In this document: positions 46,093-54,510 of the stretch, piece by piece
Numbering within the stretch: position 1 is the first letter of the stretch
Layout of the letters: the number at the start of each line of letters is the position of its first letter
From: Actinomycetes bacterium
GTDB taxonomy: Bacteria; Actinomycetota; Acidimicrobiia; Acidimicrobiales; Palsa-688
Assembly: GCA_021838445.1 (NCBI GenBank)
Contig: JAKCDU010000010.1
Coordinates: 386 to 64,385 of the forward strand
Direction: 5' to 3'
DNA: 64,000 bases
Program-made: the position numbers and the translations under genes
Notes under the pieces: generated by a model
Told to the model about the DNA's origin: nothing
Database searches by the model: none
What the model saw: the letters and a program-made list of their open reading frames with translations, nothing else

Positions 46093-48156
46093 TCACGTGA
46101 GTCTGGCACAGCCCTGCCCGTACGGCGCGTATGAGCGCACCCGGCACCGACCCGGAGGCGAGCGAGCCGCCCCCTGAGCCCACCCGCGCCGGCCGGACCG
46201 GCAGGTGCAGGATCGGCCGGGGGCGGTCCACCAGGCCGCAGGCGACAAGACCGGGCCGCCGAACACCCGGGAACGAACCCCGGCGAGAACGACGGCCGCG
46301 TCCGAGGTCGCCAACTGCGGCTCCGGCCGACCCGACACCGCCGCGCGGGCGGCCTGGGTCGGGGTGGGCCCGGAGGCCCCGCTCAGGGGCAGAGCCGACG
46401 GGGAGGCCGACGGCTGCGGCCCCGCAGGCGCCACTTTCAGGTCCTCGAGGGCGTCGCGCGTGATGACCGAGAAGGCCGGGGCGGCGGCCTGGGCGCCGTA
46501 GTCGGGGGTGTCGTCGACGACCACCAGCACCGTCACCGCCGGGTTCTGCGCAGGGGCGTAGCCGGCGAAGCTGGAGACGGTCCGCCCGGCGACGTAGCCG
46601 TTGGGGCCGCGGTACTGGGCGGTGCCGGTCTTGCCGGCCACGGCGTAGGGGGCGACCGCCGCCGCGGTCCCGGTCCCGGCCGAGACGACCTGTTCGAGCA
46701 TGCCGGTCATTTCGGACGCCACCTCGGTGGAGACCACCCGGTGTGGCGCGGGCACCGCGACTGGGTGGCGGTCGCCGCGAGGGCCGATCACCGCCGACAC
46801 CAGGTGAGGTGCCACGTAGACCCCGTGATTGGCGACGGTGTTGTAGGCGGCAACCATCTGAGCGGCGGTCACCGCCATCCCCTCCCCGTAGCCCATGGTG
46901 GCCAAGGTGACCGGCCCGAGCCCCCGTTGGCTGGGGATGAGGCCGGCAGACTCGCCGGGAAAGTCGACCGGGGTGAGCGAACCGATCCCGTATGCGGCGA
47001 GGTAGCGGTAGAGGGCCGGGGCGCCGAGACGCTGGACGATCTGTATGGCGCCGATGTTGGACGACTGGGCCAAGATGCCGGTCACCGACAGGCTCTCGGT
47101 GCCGTGGTTCTCGGCGTCGTGGAGGAGCGTCCCGGCCACGTCGTAGGCGTTCGGAATGCTGAAGGTCTGGCCGGGTTGGATGGCGCCGGTGGACAGCGCC
47201 GCCGATACGGTCACCAACTTCTCCACCGAGCCGGGCTCGTAGACCTGGGTGAACGCCGACGCCGAGGGCGCCTCCACCGGCTGGGCCGTGTTGGCTGCCG
47301 AAGGCGAGGAGACGATCTTCCCCTGGGCTGTGACGCCGACCGGCAGAGCGGGAGGCTGGTGGCTCCCGGCCGTCGGCATGGTCAGGTCGGCGACGGCCAG
47401 CAGGGCTCCGGTGCGGGTGTCCATGACCAAGGCCACGCCGGACTTGGCGCGGCTGGTCACCAGAGCCTGCCCGAGCGCCTGCTCGGTCTGGTACTGCAAC
47501 GGCTCGTCGATGGTGAGCTGCACGTCGTCGCCGAGCTGCGGGGCCTGGTAGGCCAGTGTCCCGCCCGGCACCGGTTGGCCGCGGGGGTCAACCTCCTGCT
47601 CGATACTCCCGGGGCGGCCCGTGAGGCTGTGGTCGTAGGCCAGCTCCAGGCCGGAGACCCCCTTGCCCGCCGCGTTCACCGAGCCGATGAGCGGCGCGCC
47701 CAGCTGACCGGCCGGATAGCTCCGCCTCGGGTTCATCTCGATGGTGATGCCGGGTAGGGACAGCTTCCGGACCGAGGTGGCGGCGGCCGAACTGGTCTGC
47801 TCGGCCAGCACGACGTAGCCGCTACGGAGGCGCAGTTGCATCCCCAGCTGTGATACCGGCAGATGGAGCAGCGGCGCCAGCACGGACGCTTCGTGACTGG
47901 GATCGGATATCAGGAGGGGGTCGGCGATGACGCTCGGCTGCTCGTCGCTGATGGCGAGCGGCCGACCGTTGCGGTCGAGCAGCGAGCCTCGAAGGCCGGG
48001 GAACGGGGTGATCCGGGTGTCCTGGCGGCGGCTGTAGGTGTTGTACCGGGAGGCGGCGAACACCTGGACATCAGCCAGGCGCAACCCGATGACCGAGAAG
48101 GCCACGGCCACCGCCACGAGGATGACGAACATCCGGCGACGACCCAGGTCGCTCAC
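46093..48156 (-). CDS. Class B penicillin-binding protein (FtsI/PBP2-like transpeptidase) with an unusual Pro/Arg/Cys/Trp-rich C-terminal tail
   Basis: N-terminal TM anchor FVILVAVAVAFSVIGL. SxxK (SVEK), SxN (SSN) and KTG (AGKTGTA) motifs are present in the correct order. Confidence 0.85.
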   Translation of the reverse strand: MSDLGRRRMFVILVAVAVAFSVIGLRLADVQVFAASRYNTYSRRQDTRITPFPGLRGSLLDRNGRPLAISDEQPSVIADPLLISDPSHEASVLAPLLHLPVSQLGMQLRLRSGYVVLAEQTSSAAATSVRKLSLPGITIEMNPRRSYPAGQLGAPLIGSVNAAGKGVSGLELAYDHSLTGRPGSIEQEVDPRGQPVPGGTLAYQAPQLGDDVQLTIDEPLQYQTEQALGQALVTSRAKSGVALVMDTRTGALLAVADLTMPTAGSHQPPALPVGVTAQGKIVSSPSAANTAQPVEAPSASAFTQVYEPGSVEKLVTVSAALSTGAIQPGQTFSIPNAYDVAGTLLHDAENHGTESLSVTGILAQSSNIGAIQIVQRLGAPALYRYLAAYGIGSLTPVDFPGESAGLIPSQRGLGPVTLATMGYGEGMAVTAAQMVAAYNTVANHGVYVAPHLVSAVIGPRGDRHPVAVPAPHRVVSTEVASEMTGMLEQVVSAGTGTAAAVAPYAVAGKTGTAQYRGPNGYVAGRTVSSFAGYAPAQNPAVTVLVVVDDTPDYGAQAAAPAFSVITRDALEDLKVAPAGPQPSASPSALPLSGASGPTPTQAARAAVSGRPEPQLATSDAAVVLAGVRSRVFGGPVLSPAAWWTAPGRSCTCRSGRRGWAQGAARSPPGRCRVRSYAPYGQGCARLT

Positions 48157-48322
48157 CCTCCGGCCCCGGGAAGGATCACTCCGCCGACCCGTCGCTGCGC
48201 CCGCCGTCGATCACCCACAAAGGGACAATAGGGCCGAGGGGAGTGGCATCTGCGATCACCCCGCCCCCGGCACCGGGGGCCGCGCCCAGGGATTTGGCCG
48301 GTTGATGCCAGACTCGACGGTC

Positions 48323-49291
48323 ATGCCCGTACTGGTCACCGGCGGCGCCGGCTACATCGGCTCGCACACCGTCCGACAGCTGCGCCAGCGCGGCGAGCAC
48401 GTCGTGGTGCTCGACACCTTGGAGCTCGGCCACCGTGACGCCATCGCTGACACCCCCCTGGTGATAGGTGACGTCGCCGATGCCGATCTGGTCGCCGACA
48501 CCATCTCCCAGCACCACATCGACGCCGTGGTCCATTTCGCCGCCTACAAAGCCGCCGGGGAATCGTTCGAGAATCCCGGCCGCTATTTCTCCAACAATGT
48601 GGCCGGCAGCGCCCGCCTGATCGAGGCGGCCCACCGCTCGGGCGTGCGCCGCTTGGTCTTCTCCTCCACCTGCGCGGTGTACGGCACGCCCGCCACCACC
48701 CCCGTCAGCGAGGACGCCCCGGTCCGTCCCGAGAGCCCCTACGGCGAGAGCAAGGCCCTGGTGGAACGCATGCTCCACTGGTACGACACCTGCCACCGGC
48801 TGCGCTCAGTGAGCCTGCGCTACTTCAACGCCGCGGGGGCGGCCATGGACGGCTCCTTGGGCGAGGATTGGTCGCAGACCACCAATCTGGTGCCGGTGGC
48901 CATGAAAGCGCTGCTCGGGGCGGCCCCGCCGCTGCGGGTGTTCGGCACCGACTACCCGACTCCAGACGGCACCGCCATCCGCGACTACATCCACGTCGAC
49001 GACCTCGCCGACGCCCACCTCAAAGCGCTGGATCACCTGGCCGGGGGCGGCGCGACCACGGCGGTCAACCTCGGCACGGGGATCGGCTCGTCGGTCCGTG
49101 AGGTCCTCACCGCGGCCGAGAAGGCCGCGGGGCGCCCCGTTCCCTCCCAGGATGCCCCCCGGCGACCCGGGGATCCCGTCGCGCTGTGGGCCGACGGCAC
49201 CCGGGCCCGGGAGCTTCTCGGCTGGCAGGCCCGCTACGGCCTGGACGACATCGTCGCCTCGGCGTGGAACTGGCACTCCGTGATGGCCTGA
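48323..49291 (+). CDS. galE: UDP-glucose 4-epimerase
   Basis: MPVLVTGGAGYIGSH Rossmann motif at the chosen start (ATG 48323; the alternative is ATG 48305). YGESK catalytic YxxxK motif. The length (~322 aa) is typical. The ORF-track start at 48038 overlaps the divergent PBP gene. Confidence 0.9.
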   Translation: MPVLVTGGAGYIGSHTVRQLRQRGEHVVVLDTLELGHRDAIADTPLVIGDVADADLVADTISQHHIDAVVHFAAYKAAGESFENPGRYFSNNVAGSARLIEAAHRSGVRRLVFSSTCAVYGTPATTPVSEDAPVRPESPYGESKALVERMLHWYDTCHRLRSVSLRYFNAAGAAMDGSLGEDWSQTTNLVPVAMKALLGAAPPLRVFGTDYPTPDGTAIRDYIHVDDLADAHLKALDHLAGGGATTAVNLGTGIGSSVREVLTAAEKAAGRPVPSQDAPRRPGDPVALWADGTRARELLGWQARYGLDDIVASAWNWHSVMA

Positions 49292-49319
49292 GCCCCGCCG
49301 GGAGGCCGGCAAGGCGCGC

Positions 49320-49769
49320 TCAGCTCCGCTCGGGCACGAGCAGCCACACGACGGCGAGCAGACCGGCCGCCACGGCCACTTCGGCGGGCAGCCTGCTGGG
49401 CTTCTCGTTCTGGATCTGCCTGTGCAACCGCTGCCACCACGACGGCCAGGGGTTCCAACCGAAGAAGTACTCCATCGGCTTGTCGCTGTCCACGACGGCC
49501 CCTCCGACCATCCCGGCCACCACCGCCCGGCGGGACCTCCGGGGCGAGATGCCAGCGGCGAGGGCCATGGCCCCAAGACCGGCGCAACCGTCGCAGCGGG
49601 CCACCCGCAGGAAGTCCGGCGAGTCCGCCGACTGGCCTGGCACCCCGTAGTGGGGGCAGGCGTCCATGGCGAAGTGCGACACCACGCCCGCCGCGAATGC
49701 CCCGACCGGATGGCGGGCCAGGACCCGTCCGATCAACGCCCCGACGAGCACATGGCTGGTGACGAACAC
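49320..49769 (-). CDS. Small membrane protein, possibly a membrane-bound metal-dependent hydrolase (YdjM/DUF457-like)
   Basis: 149 aa with four hydrophobic helices. His/Asp-containing motifs SHVLVGALIG and SHFAMDACPHYG. Confidence 0.55.
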   Translation of the reverse strand: MFVTSHVLVGALIGRVLARHPVGAFAAGVVSHFAMDACPHYGVPGQSADSPDFLRVARCDGCAGLGAMALAAGISPRRSRRAVVAGMVGGAVVDSDKPMEYFFGWNPWPSWWQRLHRQIQNEKPSRLPAEVAVAAGLLAVVWLLVPERS

Positions 49770-49895
49770 CCGCTCAGACTGTCACGTCACCCGTCCGAGC
49801 AGACCTCGCCCCACCCCACCGACGCGCCATCCCTCACGCCACCGGCCGTACCTCACGGGCTGGCCGCCCACCAGCCGGATCCGAGGAGAAGCGGC

Positions 49896-51524
49896 TCAGG
49901 GTACCGACGGGCTGATGGATTCGATCACCTCGCCTGGCCGGGCGGTCACGGCTGCCGCGCCGAAGAAGCGAACGTGATCGGCGACATCGACGATCTGGTC
50001 CAGGAAGCCATCGTGGGCGCCCCGGCGCGGGTCCTCGACGGTTCCCTCCACGAACAGCACCGCGAAGCGAGCCCGACGGCCGTCGGGCTTCTTGCGCAGT
50101 ACCCGCCCCATCCTCTGCACCATCTGGCGCCGGGACCGGCTCGCCCCGACTATGACCGCCAGGTCAGCCTCCGGTACGTCGATGCCCTCGTCCAGAATGC
50201 GGGGCGCAGCCAGCATCCGGGTCCGACCCGCGGCGAAGGCGTCGAGGGCCCGGCGTCGCTCGGGCGCCCCGAGCCCCGAGTGGATGACTCCGGCCGGCAG
50301 GCCCCCCCGACTGCACACGGCGGCGGCCCGCTCGGCGGCGGCGATGCTCTGGGTGAACACGATGGTCCGCTCCGCGATCACCATCGCCGGGAACAGGCCG
50401 GCCAGCCCGGCCTGCTTGGCCGGGGTGTCGGCCAGCAGCTGACGCCGTTCCCTCATGGCGTGCAGGTAGGCCCGGGCGACGCTGCTGCCCTCGCCGTCGG
50501 TGTCGGCCAGAACGGTCACCGCTTTGAGGAACGCCTCGAGCGGCTCTCCGGGCAGCCCGAACCCGCCGACCAGGCGGCCCTGCAGCCGGCCCAGCACATC
50601 GCTCAGCTCGTCGTAGCGAGCCTGCTCGTCGGCCTCGAAGACCACCCCGACCAGGGTCACGGCGAAGTGCGCCGTCACCCCTTCGTCGATGGCCCGGCGG
50701 TAGCCCATCTCGAAGCACGTTCCCCCGAAGTAGGGATCCAGCCAGGACAGGTTCCCGTCGTCGTCGCGGGCGTAGGTGGCGCTCAGCCCCAGTCGGCGGG
50801 TGAAGCGGTGGTCGAGGGCCAGCCGGTTGACGGCGGAGCCGTAGCGGTGGCACTCGTCGGCGACGAGCAGGCCCGAGGGGCGAATGGGGCGCACGTCGAT
50901 ACTGCGGGCGCTGTTGACGACCGCCACCAACACGTCGCTTCCGGCCAGGGTGTCGGTCCGGCCCGCGCCGAGCCGGCCGATGCGGCGCCCGGCCGGTACG
51001 ACGCGGCTCAGGGCGGCGGTCCACTGGTGCGCCAACTCGACGGTGGGCACCAGGACCAGGGCCTGACCCCTCCGCTGCAGCTGCTCGGCGGTGGCGGCCA
51101 CGCCGAGCATCGTCTTGCCCGTACCGGTCACTGCCTCCACCACCCCGCGCCGGCCCCGTCTGCGCCAGGCCTCCAGCGCGTCGCGCTGCCAGCGGTACAA
51201 GCCGGCTGGCGCAGCGGCGATCGGCCCCGACGCGAGGGGGGCCGATCCGGCTGGCTCCGGGCCCATCGGGGACCGACCGGAAGGTCCCGTGCCGGCTCCA
51301 GCTCGGACCGATCGAGTTCCTACGGCCGGCCGGGTGCCGGGGGTCGCGGTCGCGGGTACGACCAGGCTCCAGCGGGCCGGCGTGGCCCGGTCGCGCCGGA
51401 ACCGTCCGTGAGTGGACAGCAGCGTGTAGGAGACCCGGCGCTCGGACTCACCCAACAGCTCGGCCACTTCGGCGGCCGTCGCATCGCCTCCGGCCAGGAC
51501 GCCGGCGATGTCGTCGGCCAGCAC
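49896..51524 (-). CDS. SF2 helicase (ResIII/XPB-like DEAD/DEAH family) with an N-terminal winged-helix-like domain; gene 5 of the five-gene operon
   Basis: Motifs: I AVTGTGKT, II DECH, III SAT, VI QMVQRMGRVLR. The N-terminal ~120 aa include AEVAELLGESERRVSYTLL. The GTG at 51524 is 3 nt after the upstream stop. Confidence 0.9.
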   Translation of the reverse strand: MLADDIAGVLAGGDATAAEVAELLGESERRVSYTLLSTHGRFRRDRATPARWSLVVPATATPGTRPAVGTRSVRAGAGTGPSGRSPMGPEPAGSAPLASGPIAAAPAGLYRWQRDALEAWRRRGRRGVVEAVTGTGKTMLGVAATAEQLQRRGQALVLVPTVELAHQWTAALSRVVPAGRRIGRLGAGRTDTLAGSDVLVAVVNSARSIDVRPIRPSGLLVADECHRYGSAVNRLALDHRFTRRLGLSATYARDDDGNLSWLDPYFGGTCFEMGYRRAIDEGVTAHFAVTLVGVVFEADEQARYDELSDVLGRLQGRLVGGFGLPGEPLEAFLKAVTVLADTDGEGSSVARAYLHAMRERRQLLADTPAKQAGLAGLFPAMVIAERTIVFTQSIAAAERAAAVCSRGGLPAGVIHSGLGAPERRRALDAFAAGRTRMLAAPRILDEGIDVPEADLAVIVGASRSRRQMVQRMGRVLRKKPDGRRARFAVLFVEGTVEDPRRGAHDGFLDQIVDVADHVRFFGAAAVTARPGEVIESISPSVP

Positions 51525-51527
51525 CGG

Positions 51528-52775
51528 TCAGAGCTCCTCGCTCGGCCCTTCGAGCTCGACCTCGGTGCTCAGATCGAGGTCCACTCCCGCCACCAGGATC
51601 TGCGGCTGGTAGTCGGGGTCCAAGCGGCGCAGGTCCCACTCGTTGATCCACGCCCGCACGTACTGACGCATCCGGTTCGAGGGGAGCCGCTCGATGCCGG
51701 CCACCTCAGGTGGCTGCCAACCGTAGGCCTGGCCGTGGATCTCCTTCAGCTGGCGGTAGGTACGGTCCAGCTCGTCCTGCCCGGGGGGCTGCAGCCGCAG
51801 CTGCTCCCGCTCGATGATGCGCATCCCGATCTCGGCCTGCCCGGCCAGCAGCTCGTCCTCTACGCCGCCTTTGGCCCTGAGTCGCTTCGGTATCAGCTCC
51901 ACATCGTTCTTTCCGACCAGCACCTGGGTCTCGAAGTCGTCGACGGTGGTCCCGACGGCGACGATCGGCACCCCCGGATCGTCGCGATCTCCTCTAACCC
52001 ACCGGGCGAGCTCGGCATAGGACCTGGCCCTCTGCAGAGCGCTGTAGCGGCCGATCAGCTCCACCTCGTCGAGCAGCACGACCCAGCCGGCGTGACCGGC
52101 CGCTTGGATGAGGCGGCCCACGAACCGGAACCTCTGACGTGACAGGTCCCGCTCCTTCACGGAGCCCAAGCGGTACCCGGCCGCCGCGCCGGCCTCCTTG
52201 AGCCGCCGACGCAGATCGGCCACCGGGAGCGGATCCCCAGCCCAGAATCGGGATATCCGCTCGGCGAACTCCTCGTCTCCACGGGCGTGCTCGAAGAGGA
52301 ACAGGCTGGCCGCGAAGCGGCTGTCGACCGGCGTTCGTTCCTGGTGCACCCAGCGGTACAGCTCGGCGTATTCGGGCGAGTCGAGCTGCAGCCCGGCGGT
52401 GATCTCGTCGATGGCCGAGCCGGGACGACCGGGCACCCTGGCCGCCTCGATGGCCGCCCGGTAGACCTTGACCGGGTCGTGGAGGGGCGTCTCCTTGGAG
52501 ATCACCACCTTCGAGACCACGAAGCCCCGGGACAAGGCGACATGCGTCAGGTGCTCGAGGACGTGGCTCTTGCCCGTCCCGAACCCGCCTCCTATCAGCA
52601 TGCCGCCGGGCGCCGATCCGTCGGGCAGGGCCTGCACCGCGTCGAGCAGCTCGCTGAAGCGGTCCTCCACTCCCTGCTGCATGGATCCGAGCACGCTCAC
52701 GGCGTCCCGGTTGGGGACACCCGCCCGCAGCGCCTCGATGGCCCGGCGGCGGTCGACGGTGATCGGGTCGCTCAC
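51528..52775 (-). CDS. P-loop ATPase of the DUF2791 / BrxC-BrxD type; gene 4 of the operon
   Basis: I chose GTG 52775 (VSDPITVDRRRAIEALRAGVPN), which overlaps the upstream TGA (GTGA, 52772-52775). The longer ORF-track N-terminus is Arg/Pro-rich and lies inside the upstream gene. Walker A: GGGFGTGKSHVL. Walker B: WVVLLDEVE. Confidence 0.8.
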   Translation of the reverse strand: MSDPITVDRRRAIEALRAGVPNRDAVSVLGSMQQGVEDRFSELLDAVQALPDGSAPGGMLIGGGFGTGKSHVLEHLTHVALSRGFVVSKVVISKETPLHDPVKVYRAAIEAARVPGRPGSAIDEITAGLQLDSPEYAELYRWVHQERTPVDSRFAASLFLFEHARGDEEFAERISRFWAGDPLPVADLRRRLKEAGAAAGYRLGSVKERDLSRQRFRFVGRLIQAAGHAGWVVLLDEVELIGRYSALQRARSYAELARWVRGDRDDPGVPIVAVGTTVDDFETQVLVGKNDVELIPKRLRAKGGVEDELLAGQAEIGMRIIEREQLRLQPPGQDELDRTYRQLKEIHGQAYGWQPPEVAGIERLPSNRMRQYVRAWINEWDLRRLDPDYQPQILVAGVDLDLSTEVELEGPSEEL

Positions 52776-53725
52776 GCTGCCCCCAGCCGGACCAGCGAGG
52801 ACAGAGGGTTCTCCCGTCGGACGTCGCGCACCTCGTCGAAGATGCGCAGCTTGAGCGCCTGATAGGCGTCGACGCCGCGGGACGGGTCGGACAGGAACGC
52901 CGGCGAGGCCACCACGACCACGATGCAGTTGGCCATCTCGTCGGTGTTGTCGATCAGCTGCCGCAACACCTCGTAGGCGTCTAGTAGGGCAGCTTTGGTG
53001 TAGTAGTGACCGTGCCGCTCCTCGGGGGCCGGACGCCGGGAGAAACCGAGCCGGCGGATGTCGAGGACGAATGCCATCCCGGTGCGGTCGTTGACGGTCA
53101 GCCAGTGGGCCAGGGAGAACAGCAGGTGCCGGGCGTTGTGGCGCCCGATGCGCCGAAAGATGAGAGCCGACTTGAGAGCGGACATCTGGCGCAGGTCCCC
53201 CCTCAGCCACTCCATGACGGCGTCGTATTCGGCATCGGCGACCTGGCCGCTGCGCAGCTGCGCCTGGCACAGGCGCAGCATGGCCGTTCGGAACTCCTGG
53301 ACCATGGCGTAGTCCTGTTGCACCTGGTGCTGGAGCTGACGGTCCAGGTCACGTTTCAGCTCACGGGGGTCGACCTGGTGGTGCGACGCCAGCCGCTCGA
53401 GGGTGACCGTACCGTCGGGCGGGGGCGGGTAGCCGGCGGCCGTCACGGCCTTGCTCACGGCGATCGCAGCCAGCTCCTCCCAGTCGATCTGTCGAGCGAC
53501 CTGGAAGAACACCTGGTCGAGCAGCTGCACACGGGTGGATGCTGCGTCGACGTGGACGGTCGTGTAGCCAGCCGAGTCGGCGGTCGCCTGGAAGCGGTCC
53601 AGGAACGAGGTGGCGCTCGTCTCGTCGGTTGGCACCACGAACTTGACCGCCGCCCCACCGCCGTCGACGAAACCGCGCAGGTACTCGTGGTCGAGGAGCT
53701 CCACGAAGCGGTCGGCGGCAATCAC
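52772..53725 (-). CDS. Hypothetical 317-aa protein, ATPase-like but without an intact P-loop; gene 3 of the operon
   Basis: The GTG at 53725 overlaps the upstream TGA (GTGA). Third-position GC is high. GGGAAVKF sits where a Walker A would be expected. CIVVVVASP is a strand-like segment. I recognise no other motif. Confidence 0.7.
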   Translation of the reverse strand: MIAADRFVELLDHEYLRGFVDGGGAAVKFVVPTDETSATSFLDRFQATADSAGYTTVHVDAASTRVQLLDQVFFQVARQIDWEELAAIAVSKAVTAAGYPPPPDGTVTLERLASHHQVDPRELKRDLDRQLQHQVQQDYAMVQEFRTAMLRLCQAQLRSGQVADAEYDAVMEWLRGDLRQMSALKSALIFRRIGRHNARHLLFSLAHWLTVNDRTGMAFVLDIRRLGFSRRPAPEERHGHYYTKAALLDAYEVLRQLIDNTDEMANCIVVVVASPAFLSDPSRGVDAYQALKLRIFDEVRDVRRENPLSSLVRLGAA

Positions 53726-54510
53726 TTCTCGGCACCGGTGAAGGCCACGCCGGCGTAGACCTTGGTCTGACCGGCCCGGGTCACGGTGGTCAGCACCCCG
53801 GTACCGCGGGTCATCGCACTGGCCGGCAGGCTCATGGTCCGGGCGTCGCGGGTGGTGACCACACCGGTCTGGTCGAGCAGGTACATGTCGCGGGCGAGCT
53901 CCTGGCGGGTGTAGTCACGCCCCGCCCCGGGCAGCAGCGTCAGGACCCGGTGGACATCGACGAGCTTGGCCGGGCTCCCCGGCCTCAGCCCTTTGGCTGC
54001 GACCACCAGGTCGTAGGCCGACGCCAGGCTCTCGATGAACGGCTCCGGCTTGAACTTGGGCGGGCGCTGCTGGAGCGCGGCCAGTTGGTTGACCACCACC
54101 GACGGACGGATCCGGCGGTCCTTGACCTTGTCGATGCTGATCGTCGCGTCCGAACCGGACAGGGAGACGATGGCCGGGTAGCAGAGGACCCGCTCGTCGG
54201 ACTCGAACGCCTGCACCCCCGCCTCGGCGGCGGTGGCCAACAGTTCCTTGGTGTAGCCCCCCGAGCCGAACCAGGCCCCGACGTCGAAACCCCAGTCGCC
54301 TCTGAGCTGCTCGGCCCTCTCCGACGCCTGGGCGGCCAGTGTCGCCCCGGCCTCCAGAGCCGCCTCGAGGTCGCGGACCTGGCCCGAGGCGGCCGCCGAC
54401 TTGGCCTTCTTGGCCGCCTTGAGCACCGCCGTGAGAGCCTTGATCAGCCCATCGGCGTCGCTCTCGACGTCCTGCAGGGCCCGCTCGAGGCTGCTGGCCG
54501 GGTTGTTCAT
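53722..54510 (-). CDS. Hypothetical 262-aa protein with an N-terminal coiled coil; gene 2 of the operon
   Basis: The ATG at 54510 overlaps the upstream TGA (ATGA, 54507-54510). The N-terminus (LERALQDVESDADGLIKALTAVLKAAKKAKSAAASGQVRDLEAALEAG) is helical. The remainder is unrecognised. Confidence 0.7.
   Translation of the reverse strand: MNNPASSLERALQDVESDADGLIKALTAVLKAAKKAKSAAASGQVRDLEAALEAGATLAAQASERAEQLRGDWGFDVGAWFGSGGYTKELLATAAEAGVQAFESDERVLCYPAIVSLSGSDATISIDKVKDRRIRPSVVVNQLAALQQRPPKFKPEPFIESLASAYDLVVAAKGLRPGSPAKLVDVHRVLTLLPGAGRDYTRQELARDMYLLDQTGVVTTRDARTMSLPASAMTRGTGVLTTVTRAGQTKVYAGVAFTGAEK

Noticed and set aside
46093-46450. A suspected frameshift or pseudogenisation of the PBP 3' end, because the last ~60 residues are Arg/Cys/Trp-rich.
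   Set aside because: Third-position G/C stays very high in the annotated frame and lower in the alternative frame I checked. The next gene's SD follows the stop immediately. I therefore keep it as a genuine, if odd, C-terminal tail.
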